IMG/VR virus record: IMGVR_UViG_3300031963_011487
Length of the DNA: 64,000 bases
Source: an uncultured virus (IMG/VR IMGVR_UViG_3300031963_011487)
Taxonomy: Duplodnaviria; Heunggongvirae; Uroviricota; Caudoviricetes
Direction: 5' to 3' (one strand)
Shown: positions 1-9,621 of the stretch, piece by piece
Layout: every line of letters begins with the position of its first letter
Position numbering within the stretch: the stretch's first letter is position 1
Made by a program: the position numbers and the translations under genes
Notes under the pieces: generated by a model
Told to the model about the DNA's origin: nothing
Seen by the model: the letters and a program-made list of their open reading frames with translations, nothing else
Database searches by the model: none

Positions 1-2
1 AG

Positions 3-536
3 AACGGGATGATTATGTTACCTATCATGATGATTGCACGAACAGGACTAAAAGAAAATAGCATCAATAATCCAACAAACAAATATCAAACATATACATT
101 TAAAACCGGATGGAACTCAAGAAATATTTATGACAGGTTTGCGTTAGTAAATGGCATAACTCCTAGTCAGGTGTATCACTCATCGGTCATGCCAGATTTT
201 TATGATATAACATATGAAGGGGTTGTGTGGACAGAATTCACAGAACAAATGAATAAAGTAATAGAAAATTTGTCGTTTGAAAGCAACGAATATTGGGGCG
301 AGATAAATAACTATAAATTTATTTCAAAGATTGGTCAATTTGAAAATACGGTTCAATTACCGGCGGATAGTTCACGATTGGTCAGAAGTAAATTTACCGT
401 TGACGTAAAAGCATATATACTTCCACAGAGTACGTTAGATAAAAACGGCAACCGAGAACAAACCACAAAACTGCAATACTCGCCAAAAAAGGTTGTATTT
501 GACACCGAAGTCATCACGGGTCCAATAAATAAATGA
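3..536 (+). CDS. tail completion / tail terminator-like protein (T4 gp15-like), 5' partial
   Basis: Frame is open from the window edge. Motifs LPIMMIART, MPDFYDITYEGVVWT and FTVDVKAYILP resemble sheath-terminator proteins, and the gene lies just upstream of the sheath gene. Confidence 0.55.
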   Translation, partial: NGMIMLPIMMIARTGLKENSINNPTNKYQTYTFKTGWNSRNIYDRFALVNGITPSQVYHSSVMPDFYDITYEGVVWTEFTEQMNKVIENLSFESNEYWGEINNYKFISKIGQFENTVQLPADSSRLVRSKFTVDVKAYILPQSTLDKNGNREQTTKLQYSPKKVVFDTEVITGPINK

Positions 537-557
537 TATTTTGAGATTTGTTTTGTA

Positions 558-564
558 TATTTAT
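558..564 (+). promoter_or_regulatory. putative late promoter motif TATTTAT
   Basis: Same motif recurs about 30-45 nt upstream of many structural genes in this window. Confidence 0.5.
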
Positions 565-595
565 GATATGTATAGAACTTTAAAAGAGAGTGTTT

Positions 596-856
596 ATGAA
601 AAAGGTTTTGGATGAAGAATTACAAGAATTGAAGAGTCTTCGGGAAACATACTTGGAAATAATAACCACACTGGGTGAACTTCATTTAAGTAAAAAAATA
701 CTAGAAAATAATCTAAAAGAGTTATCCCTACTTGTTGAAACGCAAGAAAATCGGTTTACAGAATTCCAAGAAAAAGAAAGGGTTTTATACGAAAAGTTGC
801 AGCAAAAATATGGAACCGGTGATATTGATTTTGATACCGGAGAAATAACAGAATAA
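596..856 (+). CDS. small coiled-coil hypothetical protein
   Basis: E/K/L-rich heptad pattern ending KYGTGDIDFDTGEI. ATG at 596 preferred to GTG at 590. Confidence 0.7.
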   Translation: MKKVLDEELQELKSLRETYLEIITTLGELHLSKKILENNLKELSLLVETQENRFTEFQEKERVLYEKLQQKYGTGDIDFDTGEITE

Positions 857-879
857 TATAACCCATTTGGAGGATTCGT

Positions 880-3534
880 ATGGCAAATGAAAGAATTGTT
901 TCCCCTGGAGTTTTCACACGGGAAAGAGACTTAAGTTTCTTAACCCAGGGTATCAGTGAAATTGGGGGCGCATTTATTGGACCAACACCAAAGGGTCCAG
1001 CATTTATCCCGACAATTGTAAGAAGTCAACAAGAATATGTTACCCGTTTTGGTGAAGCCGATGCAAATCACTACACAGGGTTAACGGTAAAAAATTATCT
1101 ACGTGAATCTGGTGTAGCAACCATCGTTCGTGTTCTTGGAACGGAAGGATACAGTAATACAACCACAATCCCCGCACTTGTTTATGTGTCAGGATCCGGT
1201 GGAAATAAATTATTTGCAGTTATCCACCCAAGTAGTACTGGGAATACAATCAACAGTGTTACTGCAACTGGATCTGGAACTAGTTTCACATTATCGGTAG
1301 ATACTGCAGCAGGAACGGATATTTCAAACCAATCAGGATTGAGTGTCAATCCTGATTCAAATGGATATCTAGGAAATTTACTGGGATACAGTCCCGTTAC
1401 AACGAAAAACTCCTATATCTACGCAATATTCCCAGATGCAGTTACAGAAGTAGGATCATACGGTACTATAGGGGGATTATCAGTTGCATCACAATCATTG
1501 AATGCAAGTGACGTTCCGGCTGGTGTTTCTACGGGAAGTCTTGTTAAGTATGTTATACCAACTACATCATTTTCCAATCTAGATACTACTAAGTTATCTA
1601 GCGTAGCTGTTACTGGATCTGGTGTAAATTTTGCCTCATTGTTACTAACACAATATACGGCAACGTCTGCATCAAATATCATGTTTATCGTAAGTTCAAG
1701 TTCAACGGGAACACTTACGACAGTAACCACATATCCAAAAACATCAACTGGGGTATTTCAAGATGTTATAGTATCCGCAACTACGTCCAGTACGGCATTA
1801 AACTTTCTTGATGCGGGATATTCTAACGCACATACACCTTGGATTCAATCACAAACAATTGCAAATTTAAATGTTGATCTATTTAAACTTCATACATTGG
1901 GTGATGGAAACAGTGCAAACAGAGAAATTAAAGTATCCTTGTTAAACATGAAACCAAGTAGCGATGTTGAATATGCGTGGGGAACATTTTCTCTTGTAAT
2001 CCGTAAATATGATGATACGGATGCACGTCAAGAAATACTTGAACAATACGATAATCTAACACTGGACCCAGATAGTCCACAATATATTGCACGAGTGATT
2101 GGTAATAGTGCGCCAACAGAAGATCAAGTCACGGGTGAAATGTATTATCAAGGTGATTTCCCAAATAATTCACAGTACGTATACGTAGAAATGAATGATT
2201 CGGTAATTCCAGATAGTGCTCTCCCATTTGGATTTGGAACATTGGAATCAAGTATAAGACTACCTGCAATAAATCTTGCATCACCAAATTATGTAACATC
2301 ACGTTGGCTTAGTGGTACAACGGAAGGATATACTACGGAGTCTATTGATAAGAGATATTATTATGGATGGGATTTCTCTGTAGCAAATGGTACAAACGAA
2401 TCGTATTTAAATCCAGTATCGGATCCAAATAACACCAACCCAATTATAGTTGGAACTGCGTTTAACTTAGAAAATTTGGTTGAAGTTCCAAGTGGATCAT
2501 CATCACAGTTCTCTGCATCAATTTCACTTACCGATGATAATTCGTTCATTTACCGTAAATTTTCTGTACCGTTCTTTGGCGGGTTTGACGGACTAAATCC
2601 AGCACGTGATATTAAGTTAGGTGGTGACATATTGTCAAATAATTCACAAGGATTTGATTTATCAACGTCGGTTGCAGCCGGATCAAAGGCATATAAGAAA
2701 GCACTAAACGCTATCAGTAATCCAGATCAATGGGATTTTAACCTCTTGGTATTACCTGGTGTTATCTATGATTTCCATTCATATGTTGCAAATGAAGCGT
2801 TAAGTCTTTGTGAAGATCGTGGTGACGCATTCTACATCATGGACACGACTGGATTAAATGCTACACTTGCAACGGCAACAGCAAAAGCAGGGGAAATTGA
2901 TAGTAACTATGCAGCAACTTATTATCCGTGGTTGAGAGTAATTGATGTTAATACCAATAAATTAATTTGGGTACCACCGTCAGTTATCCTTCCGGAAATC
3001 TATGCATACAACGACAACGTTGCAGCAGAATGGTTTGCACCAGCAGGGTTGAACCGTGGTGGTATTGCAAGTGCAGTGGGTGTGAAGGTCCGTCTCCCAC
3101 AAGCAAGTCGTGATACTCTCTATGAAGGTAAGGTTAACCCAATCGCACAGTTCCCTGGACAGGGCATCTGTGTGTGGGGTCAAAAGACACTACAACGTCG
3201 TCCATCAGCACTTGATCGTGTCAATGTCCGCCGGTTGTTAATTGCTGTGAAGAAATATATTGCAAGTGCTTCACGTTACCTCGTGTTTGAACAAAACGTA
3301 GAATCCACACGCAATCGTTTCTTGAACATCGTCAACCCATATTTGGCAAGTGTCCAAGAACGTTCTGGTTTGTACGCATTCCGTGTCATTATGGATGAAA
3401 CCAATAATACACCGGACTTGATTGATAGAAATATCCTTTACGGACAACTCTATCTCCAACCAACCCGTACCGCTGAATTCATCATCCTTGATTTCAACGT
3501 ACTTCCAACGGGCGCTACATTCCCAACGGCATAA
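880..3534 (+). CDS. contractile tail sheath protein
   Basis: N-terminal SPGVFTRERD and GPTPKGP. C-terminal YYPW, WFAPAGLNRG, WGQKTL, DRVNVRRL and LQPTRTAEFI sheath motifs. GGAGG RBS. Confidence 0.97.
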   Translation: MANERIVSPGVFTRERDLSFLTQGISEIGGAFIGPTPKGPAFIPTIVRSQQEYVTRFGEADANHYTGLTVKNYLRESGVATIVRVLGTEGYSNTTTIPALVYVSGSGGNKLFAVIHPSSTGNTINSVTATGSGTSFTLSVDTAAGTDISNQSGLSVNPDSNGYLGNLLGYSPVTTKNSYIYAIFPDAVTEVGSYGTIGGLSVASQSLNASDVPAGVSTGSLVKYVIPTTSFSNLDTTKLSSVAVTGSGVNFASLLLTQYTATSASNIMFIVSSSSTGTLTTVTTYPKTSTGVFQDVIVSATTSSTALNFLDAGYSNAHTPWIQSQTIANLNVDLFKLHTLGDGNSANREIKVSLLNMKPSSDVEYAWGTFSLVIRKYDDTDARQEILEQYDNLTLDPDSPQYIARVIGNSAPTEDQVTGEMYYQGDFPNNSQYVYVEMNDSVIPDSALPFGFGTLESSIRLPAINLASPNYVTSRWLSGTTEGYTTESIDKRYYYGWDFSVANGTNESYLNPVSDPNNTNPIIVGTAFNLENLVEVPSGSSSQFSASISLTDDNSFIYRKFSVPFFGGFDGLNPARDIKLGGDILSNNSQGFDLSTSVAAGSKAYKKALNAISNPDQWDFNLLVLPGVIYDFHSYVANEALSLCEDRGDAFYIMDTTGLNATLATATAKAGEIDSNYAATYYPWLRVIDVNTNKLIWVPPSVILPEIYAYNDNVAAEWFAPAGLNRGGIASAVGVKVRLPQASRDTLYEGKVNPIAQFPGQGICVWGQKTLQRRPSALDRVNVRRLLIAVKKYIASASRYLVFEQNVESTRNRFLNIVNPYLASVQERSGLYAFRVIMDETNNTPDLIDRNILYGQLYLQPTRTAEFIILDFNVLPTGATFPTA

Positions 3535-3543
3535 ATTGAAAAC

Positions 3544-3571
3544 GTGGAGGGAGCGTAAAACCTCCCTCCAC
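3544..3571 (+). terminator. GC-rich hairpin after the sheath gene (terminator or processing site)
   Basis: GTGGAGGGAG-cgtaaaac-CTCCCTCCAC, a perfect 10-bp stem with a weak T tail. Confidence 0.6.
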
Positions 3572-3588
3572 AATTTCAAAATATTACA

Positions 3589-3596
3589 TATTTATA
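3589..3596 (+). promoter_or_regulatory. putative late promoter TATTTATA
   Basis: 34 nt upstream of the tail tube ATG; recurring motif. Confidence 0.6.
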
Positions 3597-3622
3597 GTTA
3601 GAAATCCTTTCGGAGATTATAC

Positions 3623-4111
3623 ATGGCAAATCTAGTAACTGAACAAGAGCTGTTCTTCACAGCATTTGAACCAAAGATGAAGAATCGTTTCATCCTATAC
3701 ATGGATGGAATTCCTTCATATATCGTCAAAAAGGTTGCTCGTCCTACATTAACACAAGAAGCAAAGCCACTTGATCATATCAATGTTCAAAGATATGTAA
3801 AGGGCAAAAGTAAGTGGGGTACCATGCAGATGACACTATATGATCCAATCGTTCCTTCTGGTGCACAAGCAGTGATGGAATGGGTTCGTCTTCACCATGA
3901 ATCAGTAACTGGCCGTGATGGTTACCTTGAGTTCTATAAAAAGGATTTAACTCTCAACGTTCTTGGACCAGTAGGTGATAAGGTAGAAGAATGGATCATT
4001 AAAGGAGCACAAATTACAGAAGTTAATTTTGCTGAAATGGATTGGGGAGCAGATGAACAAGTAGAATTTACCGTAACAATCCAACCAGATTACTGCGTAC
4101 TCAACTACTAA
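3623..4111 (+). CDS. tail tube protein (T4 gp19-like)
   Basis: FEPKMKNRF, LYDPIVPSGAQAVMEW, YKKDLTLNVLGPVGDKVEEW; directly follows the sheath gene. Confidence 0.93.
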   Translation: MANLVTEQELFFTAFEPKMKNRFILYMDGIPSYIVKKVARPTLTQEAKPLDHINVQRYVKGKSKWGTMQMTLYDPIVPSGAQAVMEWVRLHHESVTGRDGYLEFYKKDLTLNVLGPVGDKVEEWIIKGAQITEVNFAEMDWGADEQVEFTVTIQPDYCVLNY

Positions 4112-4129
4112 TATTATATTAGTTGTATT

Positions 4130-4162
4130 AAAACTCCCGCATTAACCTGCGGGAGTTTTTTT
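4130..4162 (+). terminator. rho-independent terminator
   Basis: AAAACTCCCGCA-ttaacc-TGCGGGAGTTTT followed by a T run. Confidence 0.85.
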
Positions 4163-4184
4163 ATATTAATAACATAACTTTTGA

Positions 4185-4192
4185 TATTTATA
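4185..4192 (+). promoter_or_regulatory. putative late promoter TATTTATA
   Basis: 33 nt upstream of ATG 4218, directly after a terminator. Confidence 0.6.
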
Positions 4193-4217
4193 CTAGAGTC
4201 CTTGTAACGAGAAATAT

Positions 4218-4571
4218 ATGGCAGAATTTACAGATTTTCAATTTGGCCAAGGTGAAACGTTTCGGTTTGCTGCCACAATTATTAGCGATGACGGAATTAC
4301 GGCATTCAATATAACAGATTATACATTTATTGGTCAAGTAAGAGAAAATTATACAACGGAAGAAATTGCAGCTACATTAAATATTACAAAATATTTACCG
4401 TATACGTCTGGTAGTATTATGGTGGAATTAACACCAACGCAAACAATGAATCTCGGTTCAAGAAAATACGTGTACGATGTAAATATGACTAGCGGATCCG
4501 TTGCACCAATAACACGAAGAATATTAGAAGGTACGTTGACCGTCCGTCCTACTGCTACGAGAAATGATTGA
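4218..4571 (+). CDS. virion structural adaptor (BppU-like Ig-type fold)
   Basis: QGETF...DYTFIGQVR...LTPTQT...YVYDV...RILEGTLTVRP pattern typical of small phage structural adaptors. Confidence 0.6.
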   Translation: MAEFTDFQFGQGETFRFAATIISDDGITAFNITDYTFIGQVRENYTTEEIAATLNITKYLPYTSGSIMVELTPTQTMNLGSRKYVYDVNMTSGSVAPITRRILEGTLTVRPTATRND

Positions 4572-5623
4572 TGAGTGGTTCACTTAATCTAGGAATACCA
4601 AATATAACGGTTGTTGTCAGAGAAAATACTGACACAAATAAAATTGCATTAGCACTTCCTGATGTAAGTGTCAATGTTCAGCAGGGAAATAACTATACTG
4701 TAGAAATACAACCACCGGATTTGGTAGTATATAGAACAGGCTCGTTACCTGCAATTGCTATATCTGCATATTCTGCTTCATATGTACAAACAGCAGACAC
4801 AGCAAACACTGCCTCATATGTACAAACAGCACAATCTACAATCAGTGCTTCATACGCATTAAAAGCAACTACATCAAGTTTTGCAACAAGAGCAGTTACA
4901 TCATCACTTGCGTTAAATTCTAATACAGCAAATACTGCGTCATATGCATTATTTGCATTAAGTGTGGCGGCAAGTGCTTCTTCGGTATATACTAATTTAA
5001 GTGCATCAAATGATTTATTTGTTGGTAATAATCTAACGGTAGGAACTTCGGCAACTATCCCGTCCATCACGGGTTCCGTAACAGAAGCAATAACTTCGTC
5101 ATATGCAATAACGGCTTCGTATGTAAGTGGAGCTATCGTTGGATGGAATGAGGTTATTAATAAACCGACAGGAATTGTGTCAAGTTCGGTGCAAACGGTA
5201 GAGTATATCAACAATCAGATAATAACTCCATCAAGTGTAACCGCATCAATTCAGTCAACGCAAATTCAAGTAAAATCAGATACATCAAATGTGTATCTAA
5301 GTTCGTCGGTAGTCACCGGAGTATATGACGAAACCAGAGTAATTGATCCACCAATATCAGTACAGAGCTTTTCAGGTGTATCAATTGAATATACCGCTCA
5401 GAGAACATCGGGAATTCGGTCTGGATTCATCATAGGATCATGGAGCGGAAGTACTACGACATATACCGACGTTTCTAACACAGATATAGGAAGTACTGAA
5501 GATTTATCGTTTAATCTTATTAGAATAGGAGATAATATAAGATTGCGAGCATTAAGTATAGGATCCGGAACTGGAACTTGGAGTATTCAATTCTTATTTA
5601 AACTGTTTCCTAACCTATTATAA
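4571..5623 (+). CDS. Ser/Thr-rich virion fibre or decoration protein
   Basis: ASY/TAS repeats. C-terminal domain (RSG...WSG...YTDVSNTDIG...WSI) is homologous to that of the next gene. ATG overlaps the upstream TGA. Confidence 0.65.
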   Translation: MSGSLNLGIPNITVVVRENTDTNKIALALPDVSVNVQQGNNYTVEIQPPDLVVYRTGSLPAIAISAYSASYVQTADTANTASYVQTAQSTISASYALKATTSSFATRAVTSSLALNSNTANTASYALFALSVAASASSVYTNLSASNDLFVGNNLTVGTSATIPSITGSVTEAITSSYAITASYVSGAIVGWNEVINKPTGIVSSSVQTVEYINNQIITPSSVTASIQSTQIQVKSDTSNVYLSSSVVTGVYDETRVIDPPISVQSFSGVSIEYTAQRTSGIRSGFIIGSWSGSTTTYTDVSNTDIGSTEDLSFNLIRIGDNIRLRALSIGSGTGTWSIQFLFKLFPNLL

Positions 5624-5631
5624 TATTTATA
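5624..5631 (+). promoter_or_regulatory. putative late promoter TATTTATA
   Basis: 33 nt upstream of ATG 5657. Confidence 0.6.
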
Positions 5632-5656
5632 GATATATTCTTTTGGAGATTCTGCT

Positions 5657-7816
5657 ATGGCGAATGAATTTATAGCTAGAAAAGGTTTAATAGTATTAGC
5701 CAATGGTATAGTAGCCACTGGGTCTACTAGTGTCAATGGTGATATTACTGCTTCCGGCGATGTCGTAGCAGTGAATTTCCGAGGTAGTGGTCAGTACCTC
5801 ACAAATATAGCAGCAGACAGTGTACAATTTGCAAACGTTTTAAATAAACCAACATTAGTTTCATCATCAACGCAGTTTAATACGATCACGGATCCATTCA
5901 CCGGATCATTTACGGGTTCATTTACTGGAGATGGTAGTCAACTAACAGGCATTGCTACCACACTATCGGTCACGGGTTCTACATCAGGAACTGATTCGGT
6001 AAACCTTAAAACGGAAGGATTGGTATTCAGTGGATCCAGTAATGTTACGGCAACTGTAACAAATAATACTGTTACGATTGGAGTATCGGGTCTTGTTTCA
6101 CAATCAAGTCAAATATCATATTCGGGATTATCAAACATCCCAGACGGCATAGTATCCAGTTCTACACAATTCACCAATCTTGCCGCACCATTTACAGGAT
6201 CATTTACAGGGTCATTTAAGGGAGACGGTAGTCAATTAACCGGCGTTGCTGCAACAAACGTAGAATATGCAAATGTTCTTAATAAACCAGCATTAGTATC
6301 CGCATCAAGTCAAATTGATCACGATTTAACAACCAACTTCGTAGCAAACGAACACATTGATCACAGTTCCGTATCAATTAGTGCCGGTAATGGTTTAAGT
6401 GGTGGTGGCGATATTACAACTACCCGTACATTATCTCTTGATACGGGATCAACCCATTTTACAAACGGTGTAAAAACCAAACTTAATACAGAAGGTGTCT
6501 TCAGTAGTTCGGTACAAGTTGATGTACGTAACACAACAGGAATTGCTACTATTGCAACAACTGGGTCTAATACCTTTACTGGTGTACAAACTATATCCAA
6601 CACGACAAATAGTACTGTATTTAATAATGGTGCATTAATTGTCGCAGGTGGAGTAGGAATTGCTAAAGACGTAAATATTTCGGGTAGTTTAACCGTCACG
6701 GGATTACTCACCGCAGTATCAACGTCGGTACAATACGTAACCTCATCGCAATTAAATGTAGCAGATAATAAGATTGTTGTTAATACGAATGATTTAGTAC
6801 GATTCGGTGGATTGTCGGTAATTGACTCGGGATCCTCTTCTCCGACCACTGCATCCATATACTGGGATAGTTTAGCGCATCACTTCATTTACGAAAATCT
6901 TAGTGGATCGGCATACAATAGCGCAGTAATTATAGCGGGTCCAAAAAATACGGGTGCTTTAGGAAACGAAGCAGAATTAATAACAGGTCGTATTCCAGTA
7001 GCATCAGGCGGTGATCATATTGATACGGGTCTTGCCTCAAGTTCCATGTATGTGGAATTTCCTTCACGACGGACACACGTTGAAGCGGGATTATATGTTA
7101 CTGGAGCAATTACGTCTTCGGTGGGATTCTCTGGGGATGGTAGTAATCTTACCGGTGTTGTTAGTACATTAAGTGTCACAGGATCAGAAAGTGGTACCGG
7201 TACAATTAATCTTAAAACACAAGGATTAATTGTCAGTGGAACCAACGGCGTTGTAGCAACCGCCAATGGACAAACTCTCACCATCAGTGGTAGTAATGCA
7301 ACAACAACAACAAAGGGTGTTGCATCATTTAACAGTACAAACTTTACGGTTACTGGTGGTGAAGTTACATCCAACAATATTACCATCAATGGCGGAACCG
7401 TTACACTTGGTGGTACACGTAACATTACTCTTGCACAAATTACAACACAAGGTGCAACTACCACTGATGCAGTCACGTTAAGTGGTGGAGCAACCATTGG
7501 AAGTGCATTTCAAACGTCTAGTACTTATGTTGCTGCCGGTCCCACAACAAATGAAGTTGTATTAAGTTTGGCCACCGGAAGTTTTGATGCAGCACATTTT
7601 GATTATGTTCTCAAGAGTGGAGCAAATCTCCGTACAGGAACGGTCATGTCAATATGGACGGGTGGTTCAATAGAATTTACCGATACATCAACAAACGATA
7701 TCGGAAATACTAGAAATGCAGATTTCACTGTAGATACCAACTCTGGAAATGTGCGATTAAAGTTTACTGTTACCTCCGGCACGTGGACGATTAAAACATC
7801 AACGAAGTTACTCTAA
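5657..7816 (+). CDS. tail fibre-like structural protein
   Basis: Repeated FTGSFTGSFxGDGSQLTG and NKP modules; GALIVAGGVGIAK fibre motif; GGAG RBS. Confidence 0.7.
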   Translation: MANEFIARKGLIVLANGIVATGSTSVNGDITASGDVVAVNFRGSGQYLTNIAADSVQFANVLNKPTLVSSSTQFNTITDPFTGSFTGSFTGDGSQLTGIATTLSVTGSTSGTDSVNLKTEGLVFSGSSNVTATVTNNTVTIGVSGLVSQSSQISYSGLSNIPDGIVSSSTQFTNLAAPFTGSFTGSFKGDGSQLTGVAATNVEYANVLNKPALVSASSQIDHDLTTNFVANEHIDHSSVSISAGNGLSGGGDITTTRTLSLDTGSTHFTNGVKTKLNTEGVFSSSVQVDVRNTTGIATIATTGSNTFTGVQTISNTTNSTVFNNGALIVAGGVGIAKDVNISGSLTVTGLLTAVSTSVQYVTSSQLNVADNKIVVNTNDLVRFGGLSVIDSGSSSPTTASIYWDSLAHHFIYENLSGSAYNSAVIIAGPKNTGALGNEAELITGRIPVASGGDHIDTGLASSSMYVEFPSRRTHVEAGLYVTGAITSSVGFSGDGSNLTGVVSTLSVTGSESGTGTINLKTQGLIVSGTNGVVATANGQTLTISGSNATTTTKGVASFNSTNFTVTGGEVTSNNITINGGTVTLGGTRNITLAQITTQGATTTDAVTLSGGATIGSAFQTSSTYVAAGPTTNEVVLSLATGSFDAAHFDYVLKSGANLRTGTVMSIWTGGSIEFTDTSTNDIGNTRNADFTVDTNSGNVRLKFTVTSGTWTIKTSTKLL

Positions 7817-7831
7817 GAACTACTTACATAT

Positions 7832-7868
7832 AAGGGGTGGGTACTAATCCTACCCACCCCTTTTTTTT
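7832..7868 (+). terminator. rho-independent terminator
   Basis: AAGGGGTGGGTA-ctaatcc-TACCCACCCCTT ending in a run of 8 T. Confidence 0.9.
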
Positions 7869-7897
7869 AACCTTTGGAAATGTGAAAAAGGGATAAT

Positions 7898-9613
7898 ATG
7901 GCGAATGAATTTATTGCCCGTAAAGGGTTAATATCAAGCGGTAGTATTGAAGTATCTGGATCTGTTACCGCAAGTGGATTTTTTGGCACAGCATCATTCG
8001 CGTCCCTGGCAGTAACAGCCTCCTATATATCAGGCGGAATAGTAATAATTGGATTGCCTACTGATGGGGCATATGGCGGGGCAGCTGGAAACGTATCAGG
8101 CATTGGCTCTGGCGATAAAGCAGAAGATGCGTTTGATAAAATTGAAACTATTTTGGGAAGACTAGCTCCAGCAAAGCCTGCTAATTTAAGTACCCGTACA
8201 TTAACGACGAACGCAACCACATATACAGCATTTACTGCAAGTGGTGCAACTCCGTCATCATTTAGTAATATTACGGTAACCGCACGTCCTACAGCAAGTT
8301 GGACATTTGCCGCGGCAACCAGTGGATCTGGAACTACCTTATCATTTGATGCTGATTCGGGAACGTTACAAGCAGAAGTTGATGGAGTGGTTGCACCTCT
8401 ATCACAAGATGTCTTTACAACTGCATCAGATGTTGGTACGTTTGGTGATTTAATTGTGACCGCCGATTTAGACCCATATAATGGAACGTTTGGTCAGCAA
8501 GGATTCTGGAAAGGATTTCTTGCATCTGTCGCAGCAACCAGAAGTTTAGCACTTGGACCACACACCTACCGATTATTACATTCCACCACAGGTAACACGC
8601 CAGTATTCACGTGGTATTTGGATAACCCATCAACCCCAGTAGTTACCGTAGTGACGGGTTCTTCAACGGGCGGATCTACCCGATTTGTGTCTGGCGTTCC
8701 TACGTTGGCAACGGGAGAAACTGTACTCATTGCCACAACTGCGTCTAATGCAGTTAGTCAATTTTATAATGGTACACGAATATTTTCTGCGGTAGGAAAT
8801 AATTCGGTAGCACCGTCAGTAAACGCAACGCTACCATCAGTACCTCCGACATCTGCTTCTCTGGTTAGTTCGTCTATCACATTAACCGTTGCAACAAACG
8901 TATATACGGTTGCCAGTACTTATACGGTTACTGCATATAACTCCGCGGGAACTACGGCAACGGCAACGTGGACTCCTACATTACCAATTAGAGTAGATAC
9001 AATTAGTAATGAAACGGCACGGTGTCGTTCGGGTATTGGTTGGTATCCAAATATTGCCACTGATATTTCTGGGGCAGGAAATTTATGGACTGCATCGGTA
9101 AACTTGACGGGTAGTAGAGAATTACAAATGAGTAATAATGTCTATCATTATCCAAGTGGTAGTAGTTATGTATCCAATTACCCATTAGCCGGACCCGATT
9201 ATAGAGGATTGGCGGGGGACACTACAGCATCATTCCCAGGAGAAGCAGTTCGTTGGGTTACATTTAGTGGTTCAGTAACTGCCGCATCAAACGTAAGTGT
9301 GGCGTTTACGGGAACAAATGCTGCATTTACTGGAGTGATAACTTCTGGATCAATGCGATTATATGTACGAGTGTCCGGATCAATACCTACTAATGGGTGG
9401 ATTGATGGTTCAACTGCATATCCTGGAACCGGAACCCCCACCAACAATGGAGATCCTGCATTAGTGGTGGGAAGTAGTACAGCAACTACCAAAGTTGTTA
9501 CTTTCGGCGGCACTCCACGAACTGGAAGAGTATTTATTAGAGTGGGTATTCCATCATCATCATTGGCTGGTAGTACTAGATCGTTCTCTGGCGTAACTAT
9601 TACGCAAGTATAG
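7898..9613 (+). CDS. virion structural protein (fibre/baseplate-associated)
   Basis: Shares N-terminal MANEFIARKGLI with gene 5657; T/S/G-rich beta-type body. Confidence 0.6.
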   Translation: MANEFIARKGLISSGSIEVSGSVTASGFFGTASFASLAVTASYISGGIVIIGLPTDGAYGGAAGNVSGIGSGDKAEDAFDKIETILGRLAPAKPANLSTRTLTTNATTYTAFTASGATPSSFSNITVTARPTASWTFAAATSGSGTTLSFDADSGTLQAEVDGVVAPLSQDVFTTASDVGTFGDLIVTADLDPYNGTFGQQGFWKGFLASVAATRSLALGPHTYRLLHSTTGNTPVFTWYLDNPSTPVVTVVTGSSTGGSTRFVSGVPTLATGETVLIATTASNAVSQFYNGTRIFSAVGNNSVAPSVNATLPSVPPTSASLVSSSITLTVATNVYTVASTYTVTAYNSAGTTATATWTPTLPIRVDTISNETARCRSGIGWYPNIATDISGAGNLWTASVNLTGSRELQMSNNVYHYPSGSSYVSNYPLAGPDYRGLAGDTTASFPGEAVRWVTFSGSVTAASNVSVAFTGTNAAFTGVITSGSMRLYVRVSGSIPTNGWIDGSTAYPGTGTPTNNGDPALVVGSSTATTKVVTFGGTPRTGRVFIRVGIPSSSLAGSTRSFSGVTITQV

Positions 9614-9621
9614 GATTATAT

